From positions 18,266 to 82,265 of the IMG/VR virus record IMGVR_UViG_3300046330_000229: DNA of 64,000 nt; one strand, written 5' to 3'. The position numbers and the translations under genes were made by a program. Source of the stretch: a virus. The notes below the pieces were generated by a model. The model saw nothing but the letters and a program-made list of their open reading frames with translations, was not told the origin of the DNA and did no database searches. Position 1 is the first letter of the stretch. Every line of letters starts with the position of its first letter. This document shows, one piece after another, positions 1 through 8,579 of this stretch.

Positions 1-1
1 A

Positions 2-418
2 CACAGAAAAGCTACAGACCCCTTCTTTAAATGGAAGAAATTAATTAGAGGGTCAGTCGGATCAGCGTTACATGCTTACAAAAAACACGGAACTATGTCG
101 TGCGTAAAGGATTTAGGGTGTGACATAGCTACTTTCGACAAACACATAGCAGATCAATACACTGCTGGTATGACTAAAGATCTACACGGTCGAGGTAGAG
201 GTAAAATACATCTGGATCATATAATTCCTTTAGACTTTCTAAAAGGAAAAGAAACTGACGAAGAAGCACATTTAGTTGTTTTAAATTATAGAAACTACAG
301 GCCTCTATGGTGGAATGAAAATCAAGCAAAAAAGAATAACATGCCTCAAAACTGGAAGTCTCTTTATGATACAATTTTAAAAGAATTAAAAAAAGACTTG
401 ACAAAAAAACAAAAATAA
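2..418 (+). CDS. HNH endonuclease, 5'-truncated by the window edge
   Basis: HLDHIIPL...NYRPLWWNENQAKKN HNH motif; the frame is open from position 2. Confidence 0.8.
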   Translation, partial: HRKATDPFFKWKKLIRGSVGSALHAYKKHGTMSCVKDLGCDIATFDKHIADQYTAGMTKDLHGRGRGKIHLDHIIPLDFLKGKETDEEAHLVVLNYRNYRPLWWNENQAKKNNMPQNWKSLYDTILKELKKDLTKKQK

Positions 419-426
419 GGTAGTAT
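398..426 (+). promoter_or_regulatory. sigma70 promoter, leaderless transcript
   Basis: TTGACA(398-403)-17 bp-TAGTAT(421-426); ATG at 433, 6 nt downstream, no SD. Confidence 0.75.
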
Positions 427-432
427 AATATT

Positions 433-750
433 ATGAATAAAAAAGATAAAAAACAAATTATGAAGAAATTAGAAGCTAACTTACTAGAGTTACAAAAAAA
501 AGTAGAGAACGTTGCTTGGGATCAGGCTAAAGCTAAAAGCAATCCTTACACTATAGGTAGAGAACTTTTTGACGAAGTTGAATCGATGATTTATTCTATG
601 ATAGAAAAAAATGAAAAACTTAATTCACCAATTGAAGACATAAATATGTTGATGTTGGGTTTTATGGACGAAGCGTTAGAGTGTTATATTGATATTCATG
701 AAGAAGAAGACACACTAGCTAACGTGGCGGAGTATATTAAACAGAAATAA
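433..750 (+). CDS. hypothetical acidic helical protein
   Basis: 105 aa ORF flanked by a promoter and a terminator. Confidence 0.7.
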   Translation: MNKKDKKQIMKKLEANLLELQKKVENVAWDQAKAKSNPYTIGRELFDEVESMIYSMIEKNEKLNSPIEDINMLMLGFMDEALECYIDIHEEEDTLANVAEYIKQK

Positions 751-778
751 AAAAAGGAGCCTTTCGGCTCCCCTTTTA
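751..778. terminator. bidirectional intrinsic terminator
   Basis: A-tract, GGAGCC-TTTC-GGCTCC hairpin, then CCTTTT; lies between convergent genes 433-750 and the major capsid gene. Confidence 0.85.
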
Positions 779-799
779 CTAATATCATCTTAATTAAAA

Positions 800-2032
800 T
801 TAAGAAACAACTAGATTTGTTACTAAGATCTGGCGACCTGGCTTTATGCAAAGTACAGCTTGATCAGTATAAGCACGTAATTCAACACCAGCGTGTGAAC
901 TAAGCTCAAGTAAATACTTGTCAGCTTGTCCAGGGCGTTTGAAAGTTACGTCAGTAGAACCGATACGTCTCCAGTCATCTTTACAGATGATGAAAGCGTG
1001 ACCTTGTTTAACGTGGATGTAAGGAACGATTTCAACCATACCATTTTGTGAATGGAATTTGATTGTACGTGCTCCGTTTTCAGCTACGTTAGTTGAGTAT
1101 GAACTGTCGTACATACGTAAAGCAGCTTGCTCAGTTAACAAGTCATCCCAGTGACCAGGATTACAAAGAACAGTTACGTCTTTATCTAATCCTTTTTCAA
1201 CACCTTTAGTAATCGCTTGTTGGATTACAGAAAATGACAATACATCTGGAGATGGTAAAGCGAATTGCGTACCTTCCCACAATTCATATTGTGCAGCATC
1301 GATACCGAACATTAATCCAGTATTTTCCATGATTTTCTTCATACCTAACATTTGCTTACCAAATGCACCTTGTGGGTACAATTTGTGACCAGCCGCGATA
1401 CCAACGATACCAAGACCTTGAAGTGTTACGATCTTAGTGTTAAGATCTACACGTTGAATTGAGGCTGTACCAACAAGAGTTACACCATTGTACGCGTCAA
1501 CTTTCATACCACGAGATCCAGCAAAAATACCAGCAGCAAATTCTGCATCAGTAATTTTGAATGAAGTCGCTGTAGGAGCTGGAGCAGCATCAACGATACC
1601 GATTCCATCTTGTCCGTATAGTAATTCTACTTCTAATTTCTTATAAAGTGAATCCATCATGTTTTGAACAACAAACTTAGTTGTTTCTTCAAAAGCTTGC
1701 TCATCACCTTCAGAACGGAAAATAGATTCATACGACATAGCCGCACGTAATACTAATTGGTAACCTTGAATAGTTGCTTGACGTACTTGTCCCGCTACTG
1801 CATCATTAAGAGCAAAAGCTCCGTCTTGTGAACCAGCGTATGTAATACCTTGTTCTAAGCCTAAAATGATGGCTTGGTTATATGATTCGCCTGTTTTTTT
1901 CTTTGGTAAGAAAGGAATCATTTCTGCTACTTTTTTGCCTACTGGGATAATGTTTTCTAAACGCTCCGCGTAAACTTTTTTGAAAAGACCATTAAACGTG
2001 TTAATGTCTCCTGCTCCTGGAAAATCTGCCAT
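800..2032 (-). CDS. major capsid protein
   Basis: 410 aa; follows a scaffold-like gene in the terminase-portal-scaffold order; ends in a strong terminator; capsid-like segments (NGLFKKVY, ELLYGQDG, FGIDAAQYELW). Confidence 0.8.
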   Translation of the reverse strand: MADFPGAGDINTFNGLFKKVYAERLENIIPVGKKVAEMIPFLPKKKTGESYNQAIILGLEQGITYAGSQDGAFALNDAVAGQVRQATIQGYQLVLRAAMSYESIFRSEGDEQAFEETTKFVVQNMMDSLYKKLEVELLYGQDGIGIVDAAPAPTATSFKITDAEFAAGIFAGSRGMKVDAYNGVTLVGTASIQRVDLNTKIVTLQGLGIVGIAAGHKLYPQGAFGKQMLGMKKIMENTGLMFGIDAAQYELWEGTQFALPSPDVLSFSVIQQAITKGVEKGLDKDVTVLCNPGHWDDLLTEQAALRMYDSSYSTNVAENGARTIKFHSQNGMVEIVPYIHVKQGHAFIICKDDWRRIGSTDVTFKRPGQADKYLLELSSHAGVELRAYTDQAVLCIKPGRQILVTNLVVS

Positions 2033-2182
2033 TTTAAATCCTTATTTCTGTGTCTATGACACTATATTTTTATTTGTTTATTTAGGTATATGTACTATTT
2101 ATACGCTTAGTGTTCTCTTGGTATCTCAGAGGCTAGTGCTTGTCCGAAAGCCGAAAAATATGACGTATTATTTTATACTATA

Positions 2183-2203
2183 TATCTACTATATATGTTA
2201 AAT
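2183..2203 (-). promoter_or_regulatory. putative phage late promoter upstream of major capsid
   Basis: TTAACATATATAGTAGATA; 21 bp identical to 12862-12882. Confidence 0.7.
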
Positions 2204-2221
2204 CTTAGTAAAAAGAGGGGT

Positions 2222-3187
2222 TTACCACCCCCCAATGTCCTCAATCTTCACTTTTTTAGCTACAGGCTTAACTTCCGGCACTACTGCTTTAGCTACGCTA
2301 TTCGTTGCTGCGTTAGCTGAAGTAGGTACTTTTTTAACCTTAGAGATCTTATGTTTACGATATTTATCTAAACGATCTTTACCTAAAAGCTTCTCTAATT
2401 TCTCTGGATCGCTGTGTTTATCTAGTAAACCCTTGAAATCATTATGTAATTTTGATTCTACGTAAGGCATAATGTCTTCAATTGTACAATCTTCCCAACC
2501 ACCTTCAATAGCCGCTGACCAGATGTCGCTAACTCGACGCACAAAATACGGCTCTGCTGGAAAAGAACTAGCTTCTAGTGCTGTAATCATCTTAGTTTGG
2601 ATCTCTTCGTAATTGCGACGTGTTGCCTCTTCTAGACGAGCTTTACGAGTCTCTTCTTCCTTAGTCTTCTCTGATTCTTCGTAAGCTTTAAGTTTACGCT
2701 CATATTCTTCAATTTTCTTTTGTTCTGGAGTCTTAGACTCTTCTTCTAGATCTTGTAATAAGATTTGTTCAGCTAACTTACGAACATCGTGACCTAGTGC
2801 TGGATTACGTAAAACCTTCAAAGGGTCTTCTTGTAACATCTTAACTAGTTGATCAGCTTGTGCTCGATATTGTTTAGCTTCTGAGAACTTCTCTTCTGAG
2901 GCCATAGCTTTTTGTACGTAAGACTTGATAGATTCTTCGTCATTCATATCAATTTCAACGGTTTTAGATTTACCGTTTACTTTAACTTCTAGAGATTTAA
3001 TTGCTTTTTTAATCTCTTTAGCTTCTTCTTTACTGACATCTTCTAGATCAATAGCTTCTAATTCAGCTAGATCCGCTTCTGCTGTAGCATTTGCCGGAGC
3101 TGTATTATTTGTTGATGTTTCTACTGGGGCGGGAGCGTTTGTAGCTGCTTGAGGCGTAGCTGTACCTTGACTGTTGTCTTCTGACAT
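2222..3187 (-). CDS. capsid scaffolding protein
   Basis: Acidic low-complexity N-terminus, VKVNGK motif, long charged coiled coil; directly upstream of major capsid. Confidence 0.75.
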   Translation of the reverse strand: MSEDNSQGTATPQAATNAPAPVETSTNNTAPANATAEADLAELEAIDLEDVSKEEAKEIKKAIKSLEVKVNGKSKTVEIDMNDEESIKSYVQKAMASEEKFSEAKQYRAQADQLVKMLQEDPLKVLRNPALGHDVRKLAEQILLQDLEEESKTPEQKKIEEYERKLKAYEESEKTKEEETRKARLEEATRRNYEEIQTKMITALEASSFPAEPYFVRRVSDIWSAAIEGGWEDCTIEDIMPYVESKLHNDFKGLLDKHSDPEKLEKLLGKDRLDKYRKHKISKVKKVPTSANAATNSVAKAVVPEVKPVAKKVKIEDIGGW

Positions 3188-3268
3188 TGTATTTTCCTTT
3201 GTTCGTTCCTATACTTGATAGGGTACGGGTTTAAAGTGAGCATCCACAAAATGCGGGTAGTCTCATAA

Positions 3269-3279
3269 ATATATGTTAA
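3269..3279 (-). promoter_or_regulatory. putative late promoter upstream of scaffold
   Basis: TTAACATATAT core in an intergenic gap. Confidence 0.65.
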
Positions 3280-3291
3280 TTTACTTTCAAT

Positions 3292-4419
3292 TTAGTGTAG
3301 ATCAATCCAAATAGATCCATCGTATACTTGTAATTTTGTAACTGTAGTGTTGAAAATAATCATACCACTTACTGCTGTTAGAGCATCTCTCACTAAGGTA
3401 GTCATATTGGGAGCAAGAAACGGTTTAGTATCTATGTAATTTTTAGTAGCCGCGTCTTGCGGGTCTACCGGATTTGCCATATTCTTAATATTTTGATTAT
3501 CTAAAGTTATTACATCTGAGAAAAAAGTAACACTATTTGAAGCATTAAATTCAATATCACCATTTGGATAAATGCTAAAATCTGATGAAGTACTATTTAC
3601 ACTATCTAAAGAAAATGCAGCAACTTGAGTTAAATCTACACTAAGACCTGAACTTAATCCGGTTCCAACAGTCGCTAAACTGATAGAACTAGGAGCATTT
3701 AAAATAGTACCAGTGTTAGCTCCATTAACAGATTGTAAAGAAATGGTATCAGAGCTATCGATATTCACATCACCGTTAGCATATATAGTTGTAGATGCAG
3801 AATTAGAGTTTACATCGTCAAATATATACATTGACTGTTCTGTGGTAGTTGAATAATAACCAGACGCTCTTTGTAAAACAGTATTATTTGTCTCATGCTC
3901 TACAGTTGTAGGCTTTACATTAAAAAAAGTCGTATCAGTTAAATCGGTCCTACCAATATTAACTTCTGTAGCATTTGTAGTACCTATTTGCAAAGGTGCT
4001 GCTGTAGATGAGTCTAAATCAGCGGACAGTAACACGTCATTTAAAAATGTTTTTGCACCAGCAAGCTCTTGAGCGCCAGTAGTTACATAGCCTTCATCAG
4101 TCGCCGAAGCAGGAGTCATGCTAATATTAGGAGTTGTTGTTCCGTCAGTAACATTTACAGGTAGCGTAGCCGTGACTTCCGATACTGTACCAGAACCGCC
4201 CCCACCCGCACCGACTTCTTCCCAGTTTAAATCTACATCGTCAGTAAGTTTTTTATATACATTACCGTCAGTTTTACACAAATATAACGAACCCTTTTTA
4301 GCTACAATAACTTCGTCTGTTGGAATTTTAATACCACTTTCAATAGATAAATTAGTATCTTTAAATGTAAGCTGCCCTTTAATATTTGATATTTTTTTGT
4401 TAAATAAATTTTCTGACAT
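3292..4419 (-). CDS. virion fibre/structural protein
   Basis: GGGGSGTV linker, NMANPVDPQDAATKNYID fibre-neck motif, C-terminal GMIIFNTT..LQVYDGSIW domain. Confidence 0.65.
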   Translation of the reverse strand: MSENLFNKKISNIKGQLTFKDTNLSIESGIKIPTDEVIVAKKGSLYLCKTDGNVYKKLTDDVDLNWEEVGAGGGGSGTVSEVTATLPVNVTDGTTTPNISMTPASATDEGYVTTGAQELAGAKTFLNDVLLSADLDSSTAAPLQIGTTNATEVNIGRTDLTDTTFFNVKPTTVEHETNNTVLQRASGYYSTTTEQSMYIFDDVNSNSASTTIYANGDVNIDSSDTISLQSVNGANTGTILNAPSSISLATVGTGLSSGLSVDLTQVAAFSLDSVNSTSSDFSIYPNGDIEFNASNSVTFFSDVITLDNQNIKNMANPVDPQDAATKNYIDTKPFLAPNMTTLVRDALTAVSGMIIFNTTVTKLQVYDGSIWIDLH

Positions 4420-4421
4420 AA

Positions 4422-5138
4422 TTAGTTTCCTTTTATAAATGATTTTAGTTTTTCAAATCCAATAGGATTGTACACTTGATCGGCTACATCTTCTACTTGA
4501 TCGTTGCCTATAAAATGTCCGCGATTGTAATATTCTGACACTTTAGGAAAATCATTATTAAGTATAGCTTCTTCTACCTGACCCGCGTCTACGTTAAATG
4601 TATTTTCTAAATGAGCTTTAACGGAAGGCGTGTCAGGATAAGGAATTTTAGTTTGTTCTCTAGGTAAAGTCATCTTATTTATATTATTAAGTAGAGGAGA
4701 CAAACCCTTTTTACTATCACTAGCATGCTTCATTTCATGAATTACAGTAGATAACTGTTGATCTCTATTTAAGTCGGAATTAATACTTAGTGTGTCATTT
4801 TTGGGATCATACTCACCCATGCGAGTGTTACTTGACATTTCTTTATATACAGGAGGCGATATATCAGCTTTTTTTGATAACATTTGAACTAATTTTTGAT
4901 TAGTTGTGTTCGGATTTCTATCGTTAATTAATGCTTTTTGTAAATTATCCACACGAGAATTATAATAATCACTAGCTTTTCTATTCACAGCGTCCGCGTA
5001 TATGTCGTCATTTAATGGAGTAGGCACTCTTTGTGGATTAAAATCCTTTTGTCTTTCGCCTAGACGCACTTTTAGAGCTTCTGTGTCCAACTGATCGTAA
5101 TCCTCTCCTAATAATTCTTTAAGCATTTTATCTTGCAT
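4422..5138 (-). CDS. HExxH zincin-like protein, possible internal virion protein
   Basis: MGEYDPKNDTLSINS...STVIHEMKH; start re-assigned to ATG 5138, directly after the upstream stop. Confidence 0.6.
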   Translation of the reverse strand: MQDKMLKELLGEDYDQLDTEALKVRLGERQKDFNPQRVPTPLNDDIYADAVNRKASDYYNSRVDNLQKALINDRNPNTTNQKLVQMLSKKADISPPVYKEMSSNTRMGEYDPKNDTLSINSDLNRDQQLSTVIHEMKHASDSKKGLSPLLNNINKMTLPREQTKIPYPDTPSVKAHLENTFNVDAGQVEEAILNNDFPKVSEYYNRGHFIGNDQVEDVADQVYNPIGFEKLKSFIKGN

Positions 5139-5139
5139 A

Positions 5140-5364
5140 TTATTCAGCCTTGTTGTCTTTTTCAGCAAAACTTTGAGCAACCTTGCCAGTAAATGCCGCG
5201 CCTAAAAATACAGAAACTACTCCAACAACACTATCAACAGGTTGTTGTCTGTAAAGACATACTACGGTAATAAGACACGCAGATAGTACACAAACTAGAC
5301 TTAAAAATCTAGTCATACTTAAATTTCCAGTATCCGACATAAGTGCTAAGAAGAAATTTTTCAT
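5140..5364 (-). CDS. holin-like protein with two TM helices
   Basis: 74 aa; LSMTRFLS motif, two hydrophobic segments, charged C-terminus KVAQSFAEK. Confidence 0.6.
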   Translation of the reverse strand: MKNFFLALMSDTGNLSMTRFLSLVCVLSACLITVVCLYRQQPVDSVVGVVSVFLGAAFTGKVAQSFAEKDNKAE

Positions 5365-5365
5365 A

Positions 5366-5566
5366 CTAAACTGTTACAGTCATTCCCATTATTTGAGACA
5401 ACTTCGTACATATAGTATTGATACCCCAGTGAGTATCTATGGAAAGTAAATCTAATGATAAGACTTCTACTTTTAAATCTACAGATTTGCCTTGTACTGT
5501 ATAGGTAACTTCGCAAGTTAGTTTGTTTGAGGACACGACGTGTGTATATTTTGTTAATTTTCCCAT
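5366..5566 (-). CDS. hypothetical protein
   Basis: 66 aa ORF with AAGGA SD in the late operon. Confidence 0.55.
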   Translation of the reverse strand: MGKLTKYTHVVSSNKLTCEVTYTVQGKSVDLKVEVLSLDLLSIDTHWGINTICTKLSQIMGMTVTV

Positions 5567-5583
5567 TTTTAATTTCCTTTGTA

Positions 5584-6108
5584 TTAAGTTGTTATTAAGT
5601 AGTAATCACCCTGATTGGCGCATTGCAAGTTGTTATCGCTATATCTGTTACAAAGAGATGTAATAATAAAATCACAATCTAGACCTTGATTAAATGCGTA
5701 AAAGTATTTACTTTGAAATGCGTATCTTTGATCAACTTTTACTTTAATAATTTTATTACTAAAAAGCTCTACACACTCTTCATACAAATCAACTAAATCG
5801 TAGGACGCTTGTATTCTACTAGTATTATCTCCACCAAAAGGTGCCGAAGGATTTTGGTCAATTACATACCTATCTATTGCATTACTTACTGGCTCCGGTT
5901 GTTGTGTAATACCTAAACTTGCTGTAGACAATAAATCTTTTAAAATATCTATGATTTGTGTGTTTTGAATTGATTGTAAATACTCTGTGTAATAAAATAG
6001 AACGTCCCCTGGGTTTAGTGTACCCTCTTCCATTCTAGTTTTAATGTCCTCGTACATTTTAACAGCGTCTTTGTGATATTGGTATAATTCTCTCGGTTGT
6101 GCTGCCAT
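5584..6108 (-). CDS. hypothetical protein
   Basis: 174 aa ORF with GAGG SD in the late operon. Confidence 0.65.
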   Translation of the reverse strand: MAAQPRELYQYHKDAVKMYEDIKTRMEEGTLNPGDVLFYYTEYLQSIQNTQIIDILKDLLSTASLGITQQPEPVSNAIDRYVIDQNPSAPFGGDNTSRIQASYDLVDLYEECVELFSNKIIKVKVDQRYAFQSKYFYAFNQGLDCDFIITSLCNRYSDNNLQCANQGDYYLITT

Positions 6109-6276
6109 CTAAATACCCTCTTCTTCTTGTAAAATTATAGTACTAAAACCATCAAAGTGTTCTATAGAATATTCAACTTCTTCTATTTTTGTAAAAGAAT
6201 CTAAAGCTTCTCTATTCACAGAACTCATTAATAAAACCCTATCACCATTTGGTAAAACTTCAAATAAACTATACAT
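6109..6276 (-). CDS. small hypothetical protein, not in the ORF track
   Basis: 55 aa MYSLFEVLPNGDRV...QEEEGI; exactly fills the gap between its neighbours. Confidence 0.55.
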   Translation of the reverse strand: MYSLFEVLPNGDRVLLMSSVNREALDSFTKIEEVEYSIEHFDGFSTIILQEEEGI

Positions 6277-6277
6277 A

Positions 6278-8566
6278 TTAAAACCCTTTCAGTAAAACAT
6301 AACCAGGAGTAACTCCGACACCGGCAGTACTTACTCTTGCTCTAATTAATTGTGTTTGAACGTCGACTATAGTAACCTGTACTGTACTAGACGCCACAGC
6401 AGTTAGCGGCGTGCCTAGAACGTACCAAGAAGCGCCCATATCGTCAGAACCTTCGAGTTGTAGCTCTGGTGGCGTTGTTACAATCGCACCTACGTTAAAA
6501 ACCAACTGAACATTAGACGCATTGTGAACTCTTAGTGAAGGAGTTGTAGCATTTGGTGTAGTTAAAACAACGCTTCTGTTTATTATTTGGCTTATTCTAC
6601 TAGAAAGGGAACCGCTGCCTTGTAGTCTTTGAATTTGTCGAGTAAAAGAAGGTGTAGTACCGCTGATAGTCTGAACATATCTGACCTGACCTACAGCCGC
6701 GAACTCGGGAGTAAAATACTGACCGGTAGTAGTAATTCTAGGCATGTCGTATATTCTAGTCCAAGAAACCCCGCCATCATAAGACTGCTCTATACCTAAA
6801 TCATAGGTAGGTAAAGTCCCCGATACTGCGGAAATATTTAATACTAATTGGAAAGTAGTACCGAACGTAGGTGTAACGCCTGCGGTAGTTGTCGTGGTAG
6901 TGACAGCAGCAAGTGTTGTGTCCTGTATTCTACCAGGTATAGCCAGATTCGCAGCAGTAACACCTGTCACAGAAGACACGGTAGTAATAGTACCGGAAGC
7001 AACCGTTACGGTAGAGGAACCTCCGCCAACAAACACGCTATTTGTAGTGAAGGGAGCTTGTTTTGTTATAGTTCTAGTGTTTACTGTACCAGTAGAAGCC
7101 GAAGCCATTCTAATTCTAAAATACTGAGCCATTATAGGAAAATTGTATATAGTTTCTGTAGTACCTATACCGATAGCGCTAACTGACGTTGCAAGCGACG
7201 TAGATGCTGAGTTTTGAACGGGTAAAACTATACCAGAAGTTTGAGCCGGATCTCCGGTTTGTTCTACAGCAAATGTCCCAGATGCGACGCTACCTCTAAT
7301 GCTAAAACTTACAGAGTTCATACCCTTAGCATCAATCCATCCAGTAGTCGATACTACACCTGTCATCAAATTTGTGTTTATAGCGGGAGTAGCTAATGTT
7401 TGTGTAAATAATTGTCCGTCTTCTGTTTTTGTTGGTATTGTTGATTGATTTGAAGCAATAACAACTGGAGTAGAAGTTATCATAGGCGCTTGGCCTAAGT
7501 TTGGAGTTTTAATATCAATACTATTTACAGAGGTGGCGGTATTTGAAGTATTTGTTGCTATTCCACTGGATATAGAAGCATTAGTACTGTCAGAAACAAC
7601 CAACGCTTCTCCGTTAAAAACAGCCTCTCTGTACTCATTATTATCTACGTCAAACCCTCCAATTTTAACAAAGTCTACGCCAGGGTCAGGACCAATAGTA
7701 CCGGTAGTAGCGGTGACCGTAGGCATAACGGTAGGTTGAACGTCTAACGGCTTAATTTCATCTATAGTATCTTGTGTTAAACTAAATTCACCAGTTAGAG
7801 AATTAGACACTTCAACAATTTGATGACCTTTGGAATTTAAAATAATCTCAGATTGATCTCCATCAGTTAAAGTTGGCGGAGTTTGTTTATACACACCACC
7901 TACTAATTGATCCACGGATGCTGCCCCTATATTCGTACCCGCTGCTGCAATTGTAGAGTATGTAGTCCCTGATACAACTTGAGTATAAGATTCTATAGTA
8001 GTTAGAATATTAGTTTGAGCTTGTTGTTCAGTTAAAGTTGCTGCACCTGTTGGTAACGGCAAAGATGTTGTTGATACGGGGACCGGAGTGGCTCTTAGTT
8101 GTGTATTAGTTAAAGGTCCTGTTACAGCAATCGGCGAAGTTAACTTTGAATCAATGGAAGCCAGTGAAGCGTTTCCAGTTGTTTGTAGTGCTGAAGTAGA
8201 TGCGCCTATCGGTAGAGGTAAAGATAATGCTGATATAGGAATAGGATTTCCCGAGTCATTCCCAATTTCAACTTCACCAGGAATTGTTACTGGACCCGTG
8301 ATGTTCACAACGGCAGCGCCTAGATCTACAGGTATTCTACCTAGTACGGGAGTAACGCCCATAATATTTGTGTTAATAGATCCATCAGGATTAACAGTCA
8401 TTAAGTCGCCGGTGATTCTGTCACCAATAGCAATACTATCATCCGAGGCGTCAATTGTTACAGTAAAAGCTCCTCCTGAAGTAGTACGAAGTGAGTCAGT
8501 AGTATGATCAAACACCTTTTTTATGATGTTTTCCATATTTAACATTGATCCTGGTATTGAAGCCAT
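6278..8566 (-). CDS. Thr/Ser-rich fibre or surface protein
   Basis: 762 aa; LPLPxGA and TQLRATPVPVS repeats; two C-terminal beta-sandwich-like repeats (EQSYDGGVSW, EGSDDMGASW). Confidence 0.6.
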   Translation of the reverse strand: MASIPGSMLNMENIIKKVFDHTTDSLRTTSGGAFTVTIDASDDSIAIGDRITGDLMTVNPDGSINTNIMGVTPVLGRIPVDLGAAVVNITGPVTIPGEVEIGNDSGNPIPISALSLPLPIGASTSALQTTGNASLASIDSKLTSPIAVTGPLTNTQLRATPVPVSTTSLPLPTGAATLTEQQAQTNILTTIESYTQVVSGTTYSTIAAAGTNIGAASVDQLVGGVYKQTPPTLTDGDQSEIILNSKGHQIVEVSNSLTGEFSLTQDTIDEIKPLDVQPTVMPTVTATTGTIGPDPGVDFVKIGGFDVDNNEYREAVFNGEALVVSDSTNASISSGIATNTSNTATSVNSIDIKTPNLGQAPMITSTPVVIASNQSTIPTKTEDGQLFTQTLATPAINTNLMTGVVSTTGWIDAKGMNSVSFSIRGSVASGTFAVEQTGDPAQTSGIVLPVQNSASTSLATSVSAIGIGTTETIYNFPIMAQYFRIRMASASTGTVNTRTITKQAPFTTNSVFVGGGSSTVTVASGTITTVSSVTGVTAANLAIPGRIQDTTLAAVTTTTTTAGVTPTFGTTFQLVLNISAVSGTLPTYDLGIEQSYDGGVSWTRIYDMPRITTTGQYFTPEFAAVGQVRYVQTISGTTPSFTRQIQRLQGSGSLSSRISQIINRSVVLTTPNATTPSLRVHNASNVQLVFNVGAIVTTPPELQLEGSDDMGASWYVLGTPLTAVASSTVQVTIVDVQTQLIRARVSTAGVGVTPGYVLLKGF

Positions 8567-8579
8567 TTATATCTCCTGA

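Noticed and set aside
6848-8507. Antisense ORFs within the fibre gene, and similar ones at 61317-63757
   Set aside because: Shadow frames of Thr/Ala/Gly-rich genes with no SD or promoter.
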